From positions 1-40,069 of the IMG/VR virus record IMGVR_UViG_3300001682_000095: a DNA stretch of 40,069 nt. One strand, given 5' to 3'. Source of the stretch: a virus. How positions within the stretch are numbered: the stretch's first letter is position 1; every line of letters begins with the position of its first letter. The notes under the pieces were generated by a model. The model searched no databases, was not told the origin of the DNA, and worked only from the letters and a program-made list of their open reading frames with translations. This document shows, piece after piece, positions 14,552-23,642 of the stretch. Position numbers and translations under genes: made by a program.

Positions 14552-15109
14552 ATGGCAGTAACAAAGGAAATCAAGGAAACAATAGCAGTAACCATAGACG
14601 AAGTATTTAAGAAAATGAATAGTATTTCGTGGTTGGAACGCCAAAAGGCAATGAAGGACGAGGCATTTAAAAATACAGAAAAGATCTTGTATTGTTTTAA
14701 TATCCTCAAAGAACACGTTGCAGACGAAAAAGAATATATTGCAATGATGCAAAAGCAAACATCGGGCAGCGTGGTTAAATATTCCAAAAACAAGGTTGAA
14801 AAGCCGGACGAAGATCAATTATTAGAGGATAGAATAGCATCATACAACCGCAGCAAATCAGATGTAGACCGCATAGAAAAGGCACTAAAGAAAATCAAAG
14901 GGCGCAAGGGTTACGAGGTTATAGAGTACCGGTATTTAAAGCGCAAGGGCGAAAAGCAAGACGAAATTTACACATACGAGGAAATAGCGGATATTTTAGC
15001 GGGGCAGCAGGGCTATAATGAGAACTTAAACGAAAAGACCGTAAGAAATTATAAAAATACATTGGTTCGCGATATGGCGGTATTTTTATTTGGTTCCGAT
15101 GCAATATAG
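14552..15109 (+). CDS. Sigma-70 region-4-like late transcriptional regulator (ArpU/RinA-type position)
   Basis: C-terminal YTYEEIADILAG...EKTVRNYKNTLVRDMAVFLFG resembles a sigma region 4 HTH. It lies just upstream of the HNH/terminase genes. Confidence 0.5.
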   Translation: MAVTKEIKETIAVTIDEVFKKMNSISWLERQKAMKDEAFKNTEKILYCFNILKEHVADEKEYIAMMQKQTSGSVVKYSKNKVEKPDEDQLLEDRIASYNRSKSDVDRIEKALKKIKGRKGYEVIEYRYLKRKGEKQDEIYTYEEIADILAGQQGYNENLNEKTVRNYKNTLVRDMAVFLFGSDAI

Positions 15110-15247
15110 GCGGCAGGGCGCATAATGAGGCGCAAACCGGCAGCAGGAGAACATAAAACGGCACTTGACAACACGCCCGATTTAACACCCTTCACAAGTC
15201 CGTTTAACTATGTTAAAATAATTACAATTCATAATTTGGCGATTTAC

Positions 15248-15290
15248 AAGGCGGCGTTTTCTAACCATGAAAACAGCCGCTTTATTTTTA
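15248..15290 (+). terminator. Rho-independent terminator between the regulator gene and the late genes
   Basis: AAGGCGGCGTTTT-loop-AAAACAGCCGCTT followed by TATTTTTAT. Confidence 0.65.
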
Positions 15291-15308
15291 TGTGCGGAGG
15301 TGTATATA

Positions 15309-15764
15309 GTGGCATTGATGAAGTATTGCAACAGAAACGGCTGCAATAAATTAGTACCGCAGGGCGTTAGGTATTGCGCAGCGCATACGATAGACAAGAC
15401 CGCAGAGAATAGAGAACGGCACAAAGAATATGATGCACATTGCAGGAACCAAACGGCAAAGGCTTTTTATAATAGCAGCGAATGGAAAGCGGCAAGGGCT
15501 AGAGCGTTGGCAAGAGATACCGGCATAGATATTTATTTGTATATCACAGAAGGTAGAGTAGTACCCGCCGACATGGTGCATCACATTGTAGAGTTGCAAG
15601 AAGATTATACAAAGCGTTGCGATATTGATAACTTAATAAGCGTATCAGATACAACGCACAAATCTGTTATAGATAAGGCGTACAAAGACGAGATAAAGAA
15701 GGCACAGATGCAACAGACACTAAGGGAGTGTGTAAGAGAGTACCAACGGAGGGTTAATGGGTAG
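15309..15764 (+). CDS. HNH endonuclease associated with the terminase
   Basis: KYCNRNGCNKLVPQGVRYCAAH zinc motif and MVHHIVEL...DNLISVSDTTH HNH core. Start is GTG 15309 or ATG 15318. Confidence 0.75.
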   Translation: MALMKYCNRNGCNKLVPQGVRYCAAHTIDKTAENRERHKEYDAHCRNQTAKAFYNSSEWKAARARALARDTGIDIYLYITEGRVVPADMVHHIVELQEDYTKRCDIDNLISVSDTTHKSVIDKAYKDEIKKAQMQQTLRECVREYQRRVNG

Positions 15765-15867
15765 GGGGTGCAAAAAAGTTTTTACCCGCCTGCCCCTAGA
15801 CCGCAGCCCACCTAAATTCCCGCAAAAACTCCCTAAATGAGATTTTTTGAAAGGGGGTTGCAGGAGA

Positions 15868-16371
15868 ATGGCAAGACCAAGACAACCGGTAGACTTAATA
15901 GCCGCAAAAGGGCGTAAACACTTGACGATCCAAGAATATGTAGATAGAAAAAATGCAGAGGTAACAGCCCCCGCAGACAATGTAAAACCGCCCGATTTTT
16001 TAACAAAAAAAGAGAAAGAAAAGTTTGACGAATTGGCAAAACAGTTAGTTGATTTAAAAATTATGACTAACTTAGATTGCGATGTATTGGCGCGGTATAT
16101 TAAGGCTGAAAGCGAATATATCAAAGTAACAAAGCAGTTACAAAAGATTAAGTTTACACCGGATAAAAAAAGCATGGTTCCGGCAGATGCGCAGTTAGCG
16201 GAACAATACGCGCAATACAATTATCTTTCCAAAATACAAAATAGGCTTATGAAAGCCTGCAACGAAAACGCAAAGGAATTAGGCTTGACGATTTCGAGCA
16301 GGTGCAAATTAGTGATACCAAAAGAAAAAGAAGAAAAACCGCAAAACAAATTTATGAAACACGCGCAGTAA
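15868..16371 (+). CDS. terS: Terminase small subunit (P27-family-like)
   Basis: CAGGAGA RBS, ATG 15868. MARPRQPVDLIAAKGRKHLT start is typical of this family. It sits upstream of terL. Confidence 0.7.
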   Translation: MARPRQPVDLIAAKGRKHLTIQEYVDRKNAEVTAPADNVKPPDFLTKKEKEKFDELAKQLVDLKIMTNLDCDVLARYIKAESEYIKVTKQLQKIKFTPDKKSMVPADAQLAEQYAQYNYLSKIQNRLMKACNENAKELGLTISSRCKLVIPKEKEEKPQNKFMKHAQ

Positions 16372-16374
16372 TAC

Positions 16375-18150
16375 ATGAGCAGAATTATAAAGACAGCGGA
16401 TCGGGTATCACAATTTGCAGAAAAGAACCTAAAGAACAAAAAAGAGTTTGGAGAAGATGCGCGGTTAGCGTTTAAGAGGCATTTAAACGATCTGAAAAGG
16501 TCAGAGAAAGACGATCCGGAATTTCCGTATATTTTTGTACCGGAAAAAGCAGAGGACATTATAGAACTTGCCAACAAGCTAACAATAGCAGAGGGCGAGG
16601 GCAACGAAACATTTACCTGCGCCGGTTTCCAAGAGTTTATTTTAGGTTCCCTTTTTGGTTGGGTGCATAAAGAAACCGGAAAACGCCGCTTTACTGATAG
16701 TTATGTACAAGTAGCAAGGCAGCAGGGAAAAAGTGTTTTAAATGCAATATTGGGTATTAAATGCAGCAATTTTGATAATTACAATTACGCCCAAATATAT
16801 TGTACGGCAACCAAGCAGGATCAAGCACGAATTGTATTAAATGAAATATCAAAATTCATAAATGCAGATGCAGACCTGCAGGAATTGTTTGAAATAAAAG
16901 ATTATAAGAGCGAGATCATCGCTAAACTAACAAATGCAGTAGTTAGAGCGTTGGGGCGTGATACAAAATCAATAGACGGTTTTAGACCGTATTTAGGTAT
17001 TGTAGACGAATACCACGCGCACAAAGATAACCAAATGTACAAGCTGTTAAAAGGCGGTACAAGAAAGTTAAAACAATCGTTAATATCAGTAATAACAACG
17101 GCGGGTTTCAATTTGAACGCGCCCTGCTATGAATTGTATAAATATTGCCGGAGGGTTTTACGCGGAATTGATGTAAACCACCGGCAATTTATTTATATCG
17201 CCCAAATGGACGAAAAGGACGATATTTGGGATCCGAAAAATTGGATCAAATGTTGCCCGCTAACCGGAAATGATCCCGAATTGATTTCGCAAATGTTGGA
17301 AGATGCGAAAAAAGCTAAATCAATGGGCGGCGAGGAATTGCGCGATTTCTTGACAAAATCGCTAAATATATGGGTAACAAATGCAGAAACGGCATTTATC
17401 AATTTAGCAGAGTGGGAAAAGTGCGCAAGCAAAAAAACGCTAGAAGATTTCAGAGGCAAAAAGGCAATATGCGGCTTAGATTTATCAAGCGGCGGCGATT
17501 TAACATCGCTTGCCTTAATATTCCCGCATGAGGATCCAAAAACCGGCGACAAAAAATATTATATATATTCTCATTCATTCATACCAAAAAGGCGTATGCA
17601 AGAACACATGGATAAAGAGGATAATGCGCCGTATGTGATTTGGGAAAAAGAGGGCTTATTAACCGTTACAACAGCAGCAGGCGCCATAAAGACGGATTAC
17701 AAAACGATTTTAGCGCACCTGCATAGGATTGTAGACACATACGAAATAGATTTAACGGCGATAGGTTACGATCCGCATAATGCAAGCGCATTTTTGTTAG
17801 ATCTTGAAGATTTCGGGTGCGATTTGGTGGAAATAAAGCAAAGTGCAAGAAGTCTAAACGATGCAACGGTAGATTTTCAATTAGAGGTAGAGGCACACAA
17901 TATAGAATACAACGAAAAAAATGTGCTTTTAACCCGATCTATGAACGATGCTATTTTATCGGAGCCTAACAGTTTCGGCGAAATTAAGATAGACAAAATG
18001 TTACAAAAGAACCGTATAGATCCATGTGATGCGGTTATATGCGCGCACAAATTGGCAATGGGCGTAGAAGTAGAAGAAATTACAACAGATCAAAGCGTAG
18101 AGGCTTATTTAAAAATGTTTGAAGAAAAGGCAGGTGTAAATGAAGATTGA
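16375..18150 (+). CDS. terL: Terminase large subunit
   Basis: 591 aa. VARQQGKSVL Walker-A-like motif and GIVDEYH Walker B. Position is between terS and the portal gene. Confidence 0.85.
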   Translation: MSRIIKTADRVSQFAEKNLKNKKEFGEDARLAFKRHLNDLKRSEKDDPEFPYIFVPEKAEDIIELANKLTIAEGEGNETFTCAGFQEFILGSLFGWVHKETGKRRFTDSYVQVARQQGKSVLNAILGIKCSNFDNYNYAQIYCTATKQDQARIVLNEISKFINADADLQELFEIKDYKSEIIAKLTNAVVRALGRDTKSIDGFRPYLGIVDEYHAHKDNQMYKLLKGGTRKLKQSLISVITTAGFNLNAPCYELYKYCRRVLRGIDVNHRQFIYIAQMDEKDDIWDPKNWIKCCPLTGNDPELISQMLEDAKKAKSMGGEELRDFLTKSLNIWVTNAETAFINLAEWEKCASKKTLEDFRGKKAICGLDLSSGGDLTSLALIFPHEDPKTGDKKYYIYSHSFIPKRRMQEHMDKEDNAPYVIWEKEGLLTVTTAAGAIKTDYKTILAHLHRIVDTYEIDLTAIGYDPHNASAFLLDLEDFGCDLVEIKQSARSLNDATVDFQLEVEAHNIEYNEKNVLLTRSMNDAILSEPNSFGEIKIDKMLQKNRIDPCDAVICAHKLAMGVEVEEITTDQSVEAYLKMFEEKAGVNED

Positions 18151-19415
18151 AACTATTTGAAAAAATAAAAAATATGTTTAACAAAGTGCTAAGACCGGCA
18201 GCAGGCGCAAACGATGAAAAACTATTAGAGTGGTTAGGAATATCGGGAACGCCTAAAAAGGTATTAAGCGAGGTAACATATTTTACCTGCCTTAAAATGC
18301 TATCCGAAACATTGGCAAAAATGCCTATTAAATTCTATCAGCAGACAGAAAAAGGGGTAGAGAGGGCAGAACCAAACGCAGCATACGAGTTATTAAAGAC
18401 AAGACCAAACCCGCAAATGACACCCTCCGTATTTTGGGGCGCAGTAGAAAACAACCGCAATCATTACGGAAATGCTTATGTATGGATCCGGCGGCAGTTT
18501 AACCGGAAAAAATACGGCGGCGAAATGGTTATTAAGGACTTATGGATCATGCCTTCGGCAGACACAACGATCGTTATTGATGATAAGGGCGTATTTGGTG
18601 CCGCAGGCGATATTTATTATTGGTATACCGACAAATACAGCGGCGAAAGTCACATTTTCCCTTCAGCCGATGTAATGCACTTTAAAACCTCATTATCTTT
18701 TGACGGTTTAAGCGGCGCGCCGGTAAGGGATATTTTAGCGGCAACGATACAAGGCGGCTTAGAAAGTCAAAACTTTATGAATAATCTTTATAAAGGCGGC
18801 TTGACAGCAAGGGCAGCCCTGCAATACACCGGCGATTTATCGCCAAAACTTGAAAAAGCGTTAATTGCAAGGTTGGAAGAATACGCAAACGGCGCAAATA
18901 ACGCCGGTAAGTTTATACCGATACCGATCGGCATGAAATTAGAGCCGTTAAACATCAAATTAACAGATAGTCAGTTTTTCGAGTTGAAAAAGTACAGCGC
19001 ATTGCAGATAGCGGGCGCATTTGGCATTAAGCCAAACCAAATTAACGATTACGAGAAAAGCAGCTATGCCAACAGCGAAATGCAAAACATTTCTTTCTAT
19101 ATTGACACAGAATTATATATTTTAAAGCAGTATGAGGAGGAAATAAATTATAAGTTGTTGGAGCCAAGCGAAACAAGCGCGGGCAAGTATTACAAATTCA
19201 ATGAAAATGTTATTTTGCGTACCGATGCAAAGACACAAGAGGAAATTTTAACTGGATATGTGCAAAACGGCATATATACGCCAAATGAGGCGCGGGAGTA
19301 TGTAAACAAACCGAGGTTAGAAGGTGGCGATGATTTGATTTGCAACGGAAACTATATAAAGGTTGCGCAGATTGGCATAGAAGAAAAAAAGAAAGGAGGA
19401 GGCGAAAGTGGCTAA
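18147..19415 (+). CDS. Portal protein (HK97 family-like)
   Basis: Size and position fit. Start is TTG 18147 or ATG 18174. Confidence 0.8.
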   Translation: MKLFEKIKNMFNKVLRPAAGANDEKLLEWLGISGTPKKVLSEVTYFTCLKMLSETLAKMPIKFYQQTEKGVERAEPNAAYELLKTRPNPQMTPSVFWGAVENNRNHYGNAYVWIRRQFNRKKYGGEMVIKDLWIMPSADTTIVIDDKGVFGAAGDIYYWYTDKYSGESHIFPSADVMHFKTSLSFDGLSGAPVRDILAATIQGGLESQNFMNNLYKGGLTARAALQYTGDLSPKLEKALIARLEEYANGANNAGKFIPIPIGMKLEPLNIKLTDSQFFELKKYSALQIAGAFGIKPNQINDYEKSSYANSEMQNISFYIDTELYILKQYEEEINYKLLEPSETSAGKYYKFNENVILRTDAKTQEEILTGYVQNGIYTPNEAREYVNKPRLEGGDDLICNGNYIKVAQIGIEEKKKGGGESG

Positions 19416-20247
19416 AATCTTAGAATTGCAGAAAAAGGACAAAAAAGGCAAGTGCAGGACGGTCGGCAGCATCGAGATTAAAAACCAAACAGAGGCAGCC
19501 GCAGACCTTTATTTTTTCGGCGACATTAACAGCGAGAGTTTGGGAGAATGGCAAAAGTATTACCCCGATGATAAAGCCCCAAAAGATGTACAAGACTTTT
19601 TAGATCAGCTTGACGGCGTTTCAAAAATCAATGTACACATTAACAGCGGCGGCGGTTCAGTATTTGGCGGTATTGCTATTTACAATATTTTAAAACGGCA
19701 CAATGCGGAAATTGTTGTGTATGTAGAGGGATTAGCGGCGAGCATTGCAAGCGTTATAGCAATGGCAGGCGATAAAATTATTATACCGGCAAATGCGCAA
19801 ATGATGATCCACAAACCAAGTAGCATTACATGGGGAAATGCGGACGATATGCGCAAAGAGGCAGATATTTTAGACGGTTGCCAAAAGGTTATTTTAAATA
19901 CCTATATGCAGCACGCAAAAGACGGCGTAACAGCCGAAGAAATAAACGCCCTCATAGATGCGGAAACATGGAAAAACGGCGAAGAATGGCAAGAATATTT
20001 CGATATTGAAGTATCAGAAAAGAGCCAAGCAGCAGCCTGCGAAAGCGAATATTTCGACAAATACAACAATTTGCCGGATAAGCTAAAAGAGCAGCCGGAA
20101 CCACCGCAGCTTGATATTGACGATTTAGCGGAAAAGGTAGCGGAAAAAATCAAAAATGTGCTATCGGAACCGCCAAAAGAGCCAAAGGCAGCAACGGAAA
20201 CAGAAAAGAGAATAGCAGAGTTGTTAGAGGATTTAGATTTAGTTTGA
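19408..20247 (+). CDS. ClpP-like prohead (head maturation) protease
   Basis: INSGGGSVFGGIAIYN...GLAASIASVIAMAGD...MMIHKP is the S14 protease core. Confidence 0.85.
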   Translation: MAKILELQKKDKKGKCRTVGSIEIKNQTEAAADLYFFGDINSESLGEWQKYYPDDKAPKDVQDFLDQLDGVSKINVHINSGGGSVFGGIAIYNILKRHNAEIVVYVEGLAASIASVIAMAGDKIIIPANAQMMIHKPSSITWGNADDMRKEADILDGCQKVILNTYMQHAKDGVTAEEINALIDAETWKNGEEWQEYFDIEVSEKSQAAACESEYFDKYNNLPDKLKEQPEPPQLDIDDLAEKVAEKIKNVLSEPPKEPKAATETEKRIAELLEDLDLV

Positions 20248-20266
20248 TCTAAGTCCTTTATTTTTT
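20229..20266 (+). terminator. Terminator-like hairpin at the protease gene end
   Basis: GGATTTAGAT-loop-ATCTAAGTCC (one G-U pair) followed by TTTATTTTTT. Confidence 0.5.
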
Positions 20267-20292
20267 ATCAAAAACAAGGAGGATATAACCAC

Positions 20293-21621
20293 ATGAACAA
20301 AGAATTAAGAGAATTGTTAGACAGTATCAAGAACAAAAAGCAGGAAGTTAAGGATCTTTGCAAGGCGGGCAAAATTGAAGATGCAGCAAAGGCAAAGGAA
20401 GAATTAAAAGACCTGCAGGCACAGTTCGATCTGCTTTATGATTTAGAGGCAGACAAGTTAGACGATATGGAAGATAAGGCAGCAGCCGGAACCGCTAAAA
20501 AGGTTTTGGATAAGACAAAGAACATCGCAAACGCTTTTGTAAATGCAATCAAAGCAGCGGTAGGCAAGGGCGCATTGTCAGACGAGGACAAAGAGATCTT
20601 AAATTCCATGAACGAAGGAAAGGACGAGGACGGCGGTTTAACAGTACCAAAGGATATTAGAACAGCCGTAAAGGAATTAAGAAGAACAGAGGACGCATTA
20701 GAAACGCTTGTAAATGTTGAGCGTGTAAGCACATTAAGCGGCAGCAGGGTTATTGAGCGTTACGCAGATCAGACACCATTTGACAATGTGGACGAGGCGG
20801 CAGAGTTTCCGGAGGTTTCTACACCACAGTTTGAAAAGATTGATTACAAGGTTAAGAAAAAGGGCGGCATTTTAAAGGTTACGCAGGAATTATTGAGCGA
20901 TACAGCAGAAAATATTATTGCGTACCTCAAAAAGTGGATTGCTAAGAAAGCAAAGGCAACAAGAAACTTTATGATCGTTAAGAAGATCCGCGAGATTACA
21001 GCAGATGCGGAGGTGCCGGTAGAAGATTTGGACGATCTGAAAAAGATTTTCAATATTTTACTTGATCCTGCGATTGCATTAACAGCGGGCGTAGTTACTA
21101 ACCAAGACGGCTATAATTGGCTTGATACCTTAAAGGATAAAGATGGCAAGTATATTTTGCAGCCGGATCCAACAAAGCCTACAAGTATGCTTTTGTTTGG
21201 CAAATATCCGGTTAAGAAGGTAAGCAATAAGACAATGCCAAGCGTAACCGTTGAGGGCGGTTATAAAGTGCCTATTGTATGCGGCGATTTGAAAGAGGCT
21301 ATTACAATTTTCGATCGTGAAACATTGACTATTGATATTTCCGACAAGGCAGGCGATTTATGGAAAACCGATCAGACCGGCATCAAGGTTAGAGAGCGTT
21401 TAGACATTCAGAGCGTAGACGAGGAGGCGATCATCATGGCAGAGCATTTGATCGTAACCGATAGTGACGGCAACGGCACATATACGCAGGAAGAATTAGA
21501 GGCAATGACAAAGGCTGAAATTTTGGCAGCAGCTACCCAATTAGGGTACACAATGACAACAACCGAGGCTAGCAAGAAAGAAGAAATCATTGCAGACTTT
21601 TTAGCGCAGCAGGGCGCGTAA
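20293..21621 (+). CDS. Major capsid protein (HK97 fold) with an N-terminal delta/scaffold region and a C-terminal HeH-like extension
   Basis: Coiled-coil N-terminus, GGLTVPKDI start of the mature domain, 442 aa. The C-terminal TKAEILAAATQLGYTMTTTEASKKEEIIADFLAQQ is unusual for a capsid protein. Confidence 0.85.
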   Translation: MNKELRELLDSIKNKKQEVKDLCKAGKIEDAAKAKEELKDLQAQFDLLYDLEADKLDDMEDKAAAGTAKKVLDKTKNIANAFVNAIKAAVGKGALSDEDKEILNSMNEGKDEDGGLTVPKDIRTAVKELRRTEDALETLVNVERVSTLSGSRVIERYADQTPFDNVDEAAEFPEVSTPQFEKIDYKVKKKGGILKVTQELLSDTAENIIAYLKKWIAKKAKATRNFMIVKKIREITADAEVPVEDLDDLKKIFNILLDPAIALTAGVVTNQDGYNWLDTLKDKDGKYILQPDPTKPTSMLLFGKYPVKKVSNKTMPSVTVEGGYKVPIVCGDLKEAITIFDRETLTIDISDKAGDLWKTDQTGIKVRERLDIQSVDEEAIIMAEHLIVTDSDGNGTYTQEELEAMTKAEILAAATQLGYTMTTTEASKKEEIIADFLAQQGA

Positions 21622-21627
21622 TATACG

Positions 21628-21653
21628 ATGCGGCGGGGTAAAACCTGCCGCAT
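21628..21653 (+). other. Stem-loop after the capsid gene, no U-tract
   Basis: ATGCGGCGGG-GTAAAA-CCTGCCGCAT (one G-U pair). Confidence 0.4.
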
Positions 21654-21671
21654 ATTAAGGCAGGTGTAACA

Positions 21672-21962
21672 ATGATAACATTACAAGAGGTTAAAGAGTA
21701 TGCAAGGATTGATGTAGACGAGGACGATCAGTTATTGCAAAATATCCTTATACCGGCAGCGGTTGAATATCTGAAAAACGCAACCGGCAAAGAGTACCCG
21801 ACAAATGATGAGGCGGGCAACGCGATTAACTACACACTTGAAAAAGTGTACTTGCAATTACTTATTGCCTATTGGTATGAGCATCGCGCACCGGTTGGAA
21901 AAGTTGGGGAAGATTTCACATATTCAACAAAATCAATTATGCTGCAATTACAAAATAAGTAG
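21672..21962 (+). CDS. Head-tail connector (gp6-like)
   Basis: ITLQEVKEYARIDVDEDDQLLQNILIPAAVEYL is the typical family start. Confidence 0.75.
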   Translation: MITLQEVKEYARIDVDEDDQLLQNILIPAAVEYLKNATGKEYPTNDEAGNAINYTLEKVYLQLLIAYWYEHRAPVGKVGEDFTYSTKSIMLQLQNK

Positions 21963-21970
21963 GTGGCGGC

Positions 21971-22336
21971 ATGGATATAGGAAGAACAAATAAAAGAATT
22001 TCATTTTGCAGATATACAGAAAAGGAAAACGAGTTATTACAGACAGAGCAGGTATTGGAAGTTGTAAAAACGGTTTGGGCGAGCGTGGAGCCGACAAGGG
22101 GCAGAGAGTACCAAGAGGCGCAGCGCATTAGACCGGAATTAACCTACAAAATAACAACCCGATACCACAAGGAAGTAACGCCGGATATGTTTATTAAATT
22201 CAAGGATCGTTATTTTCAAATTATTTCAATAATCAATGTCAGAGAGCGCAACGAGATGTTAGAAATTATTTGCACCGAGAAGATCACAGAGGAACCGGCA
22301 GCAGAAAATATAACATTAAATGCGAATGACAAATAG
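21971..22336 (+). CDS. Head closure / head-tail adaptor protein
   Basis: VWASVEPTRGREYQEA...YKITTRY pattern. Confidence 0.7.
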   Translation: MDIGRTNKRISFCRYTEKENELLQTEQVLEVVKTVWASVEPTRGREYQEAQRIRPELTYKITTRYHKEVTPDMFIKFKDRYFQIISIINVRERNEMLEIICTEKITEEPAAENITLNANDK

Positions 22337-22383
22337 CGAATAAGGAGGTATAATAGAGAAAAACATATAGGAGGCGGCAAGCT

Positions 22384-22644
22384 ATGAAAGATTTTTTGAT
22401 AACATTGTGTTTAGGGTGGTTGGGCGTACACCGATTTATGCAAAAGAAATACATAACCGGCGCAATATGGTTTTTTACATTAGGGTTATGCGGCATAGGT
22501 TGGGCGGTTGATACACTTATAGCACTTGTAAAGGTAGTAAACGAAAAGAAACCACAGACGACGCAGCAGACCACACAAAACCCGAAAAACGAACAAAAGA
22601 TCGGGGGGGGTACAGCCTATTGGCAATACTCCAAAAACGCATAA
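22384..22644 (+). CDS. TM2-domain membrane protein (moron); G8 tract near the 3' end
   Basis: LGWLGVHRFMQKKYITGAIWFFTLGLCGIGWAVD is the TM2 signature. GGGGGGGG at 22603-22610. Confidence 0.7.
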   Translation: MKDFLITLCLGWLGVHRFMQKKYITGAIWFFTLGLCGIGWAVDTLIALVKVVNEKKPQTTQQTTQNPKNEQKIGGGTAYWQYSKNA

Positions 22645-22696
22645 CGCGCAAAGCGACAATACGGTAAAGGTATTTACAAAAGCGCAGATAGAGGCA

Positions 22697-23155
22697 ATGT
22701 CAAAAGCAGATATTTTAAACATGGCAGCAGGATTAGGGTACACAATGACAACGGTTGAAAGAAATGCAAAAGATATGATTGTTAATGATTTTATAGAGCA
22801 GCAGGACAAACAACCAAGTACAGACAAAAGAAAATGGCTTATTAAGTCTTTCAAAACGGAAATCGTGGGAACATTTGCAAAATGTGACTTAGATAAAAGT
22901 TACAATAGAGAAGAAATTGTGTGTTCATTAAAGCCGAATAGTAAGCTATATTTGGAATATTGGGAATACAAAGGCGAACCCGCATTTTATGTTTGTTGCA
23001 ACGGAGTAGATGCAGGTTGCGTACCGGCGGTTATATCTAAAACATTGCACGAGGTATACAAAGATTGCGAAATAACGGTAGTATTACGAGGCGAGGCAGA
23101 GTATAACTCACACGATGATTTAATACAAAAAATCTTAATAGAAGTATATAAATAA
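22697..23155 (+). CDS. Hypothetical protein with an N-terminal HeH-like module; probably the 3' part of a fusion with the TM2 gene
   Basis: Poor RBS of its own. This frame is open from the G8 tract onward. KADILNMAAGLGYTMTTVERNAKDMIVNDFIEQQ mirrors the capsid C-terminus. Confidence 0.6.
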   Translation: MSKADILNMAAGLGYTMTTVERNAKDMIVNDFIEQQDKQPSTDKRKWLIKSFKTEIVGTFAKCDLDKSYNREEIVCSLKPNSKLYLEYWEYKGEPAFYVCCNGVDAGCVPAVISKTLHEVYKDCEITVVLRGEAEYNSHDDLIQKILIEVYK

Positions 23156-23159
23156 TTTC

Positions 23160-23185
23160 GGAGGGTTCGCCCTCCTTTTTATTTT
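23160..23185 (+). terminator. Rho-independent terminator after the moron
   Basis: GGAGGG-TTCG-CCCTCC followed by TTTTTATTTT. Confidence 0.8.
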
Positions 23186-23198
23186 ATCGGGAGGCACT

Positions 23199-23642
23199 AT
23201 GGCAGAGGGTTTTGATTTTCAAATTGACGGCTTAGAGGAATTGGAAAGAGATTTGAAAGAGGCAATAAGAAAAGCACCGGCACAAGCGGAAGAAACACTA
23301 ATAGAAATTGCAAAAGATTTCAAAAAGTCAGCCAAAAAGCGGGCAAATTCGGAATTAAAGCCACATGACAGAGAGGGCGACCAAAAGAAAAAAGCAATTA
23401 AAAGAAAATGGGGGCATAAATTGGTTGATGATAATGTTGGCGCAACGGTTTTAGTGTGGAATAGTGCGCGACATTTTCATTTAGTCGAAAATGGTCACAA
23501 TCTTGTAAAAGGTGGTCAAATCATCGGGTTTGTGGCAGGCAAACACATTATGGAAAAAACGCGTAATGAGTATGAAAATATCGTGCCGCAACGGTTTGAA
23601 CAAATGATTGACGATATTTTAAAGGAGGGCGATTTAGATTAG
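23199..23642 (+). CDS. HK97 gp10-like tail-attachment/neck protein
   Basis: VWNSARHFHLVENGH motif and position. Confidence 0.65.
   Translation: MAEGFDFQIDGLEELERDLKEAIRKAPAQAEETLIEIAKDFKKSAKKRANSELKPHDREGDQKKKAIKRKWGHKLVDDNVGATVLVWNSARHFHLVENGHNLVKGGQIIGFVAGKHIMEKTRNEYENIVPQRFEQMIDDILKEGDLD

Noticed and set aside
15125-15349. 74-aa + strand ORF between the regulator and HNH genes
   Set aside because: It has no RBS and spans a terminator hairpin. It reads through into the HNH gene out of frame, so it is better explained as intergenic sequence.
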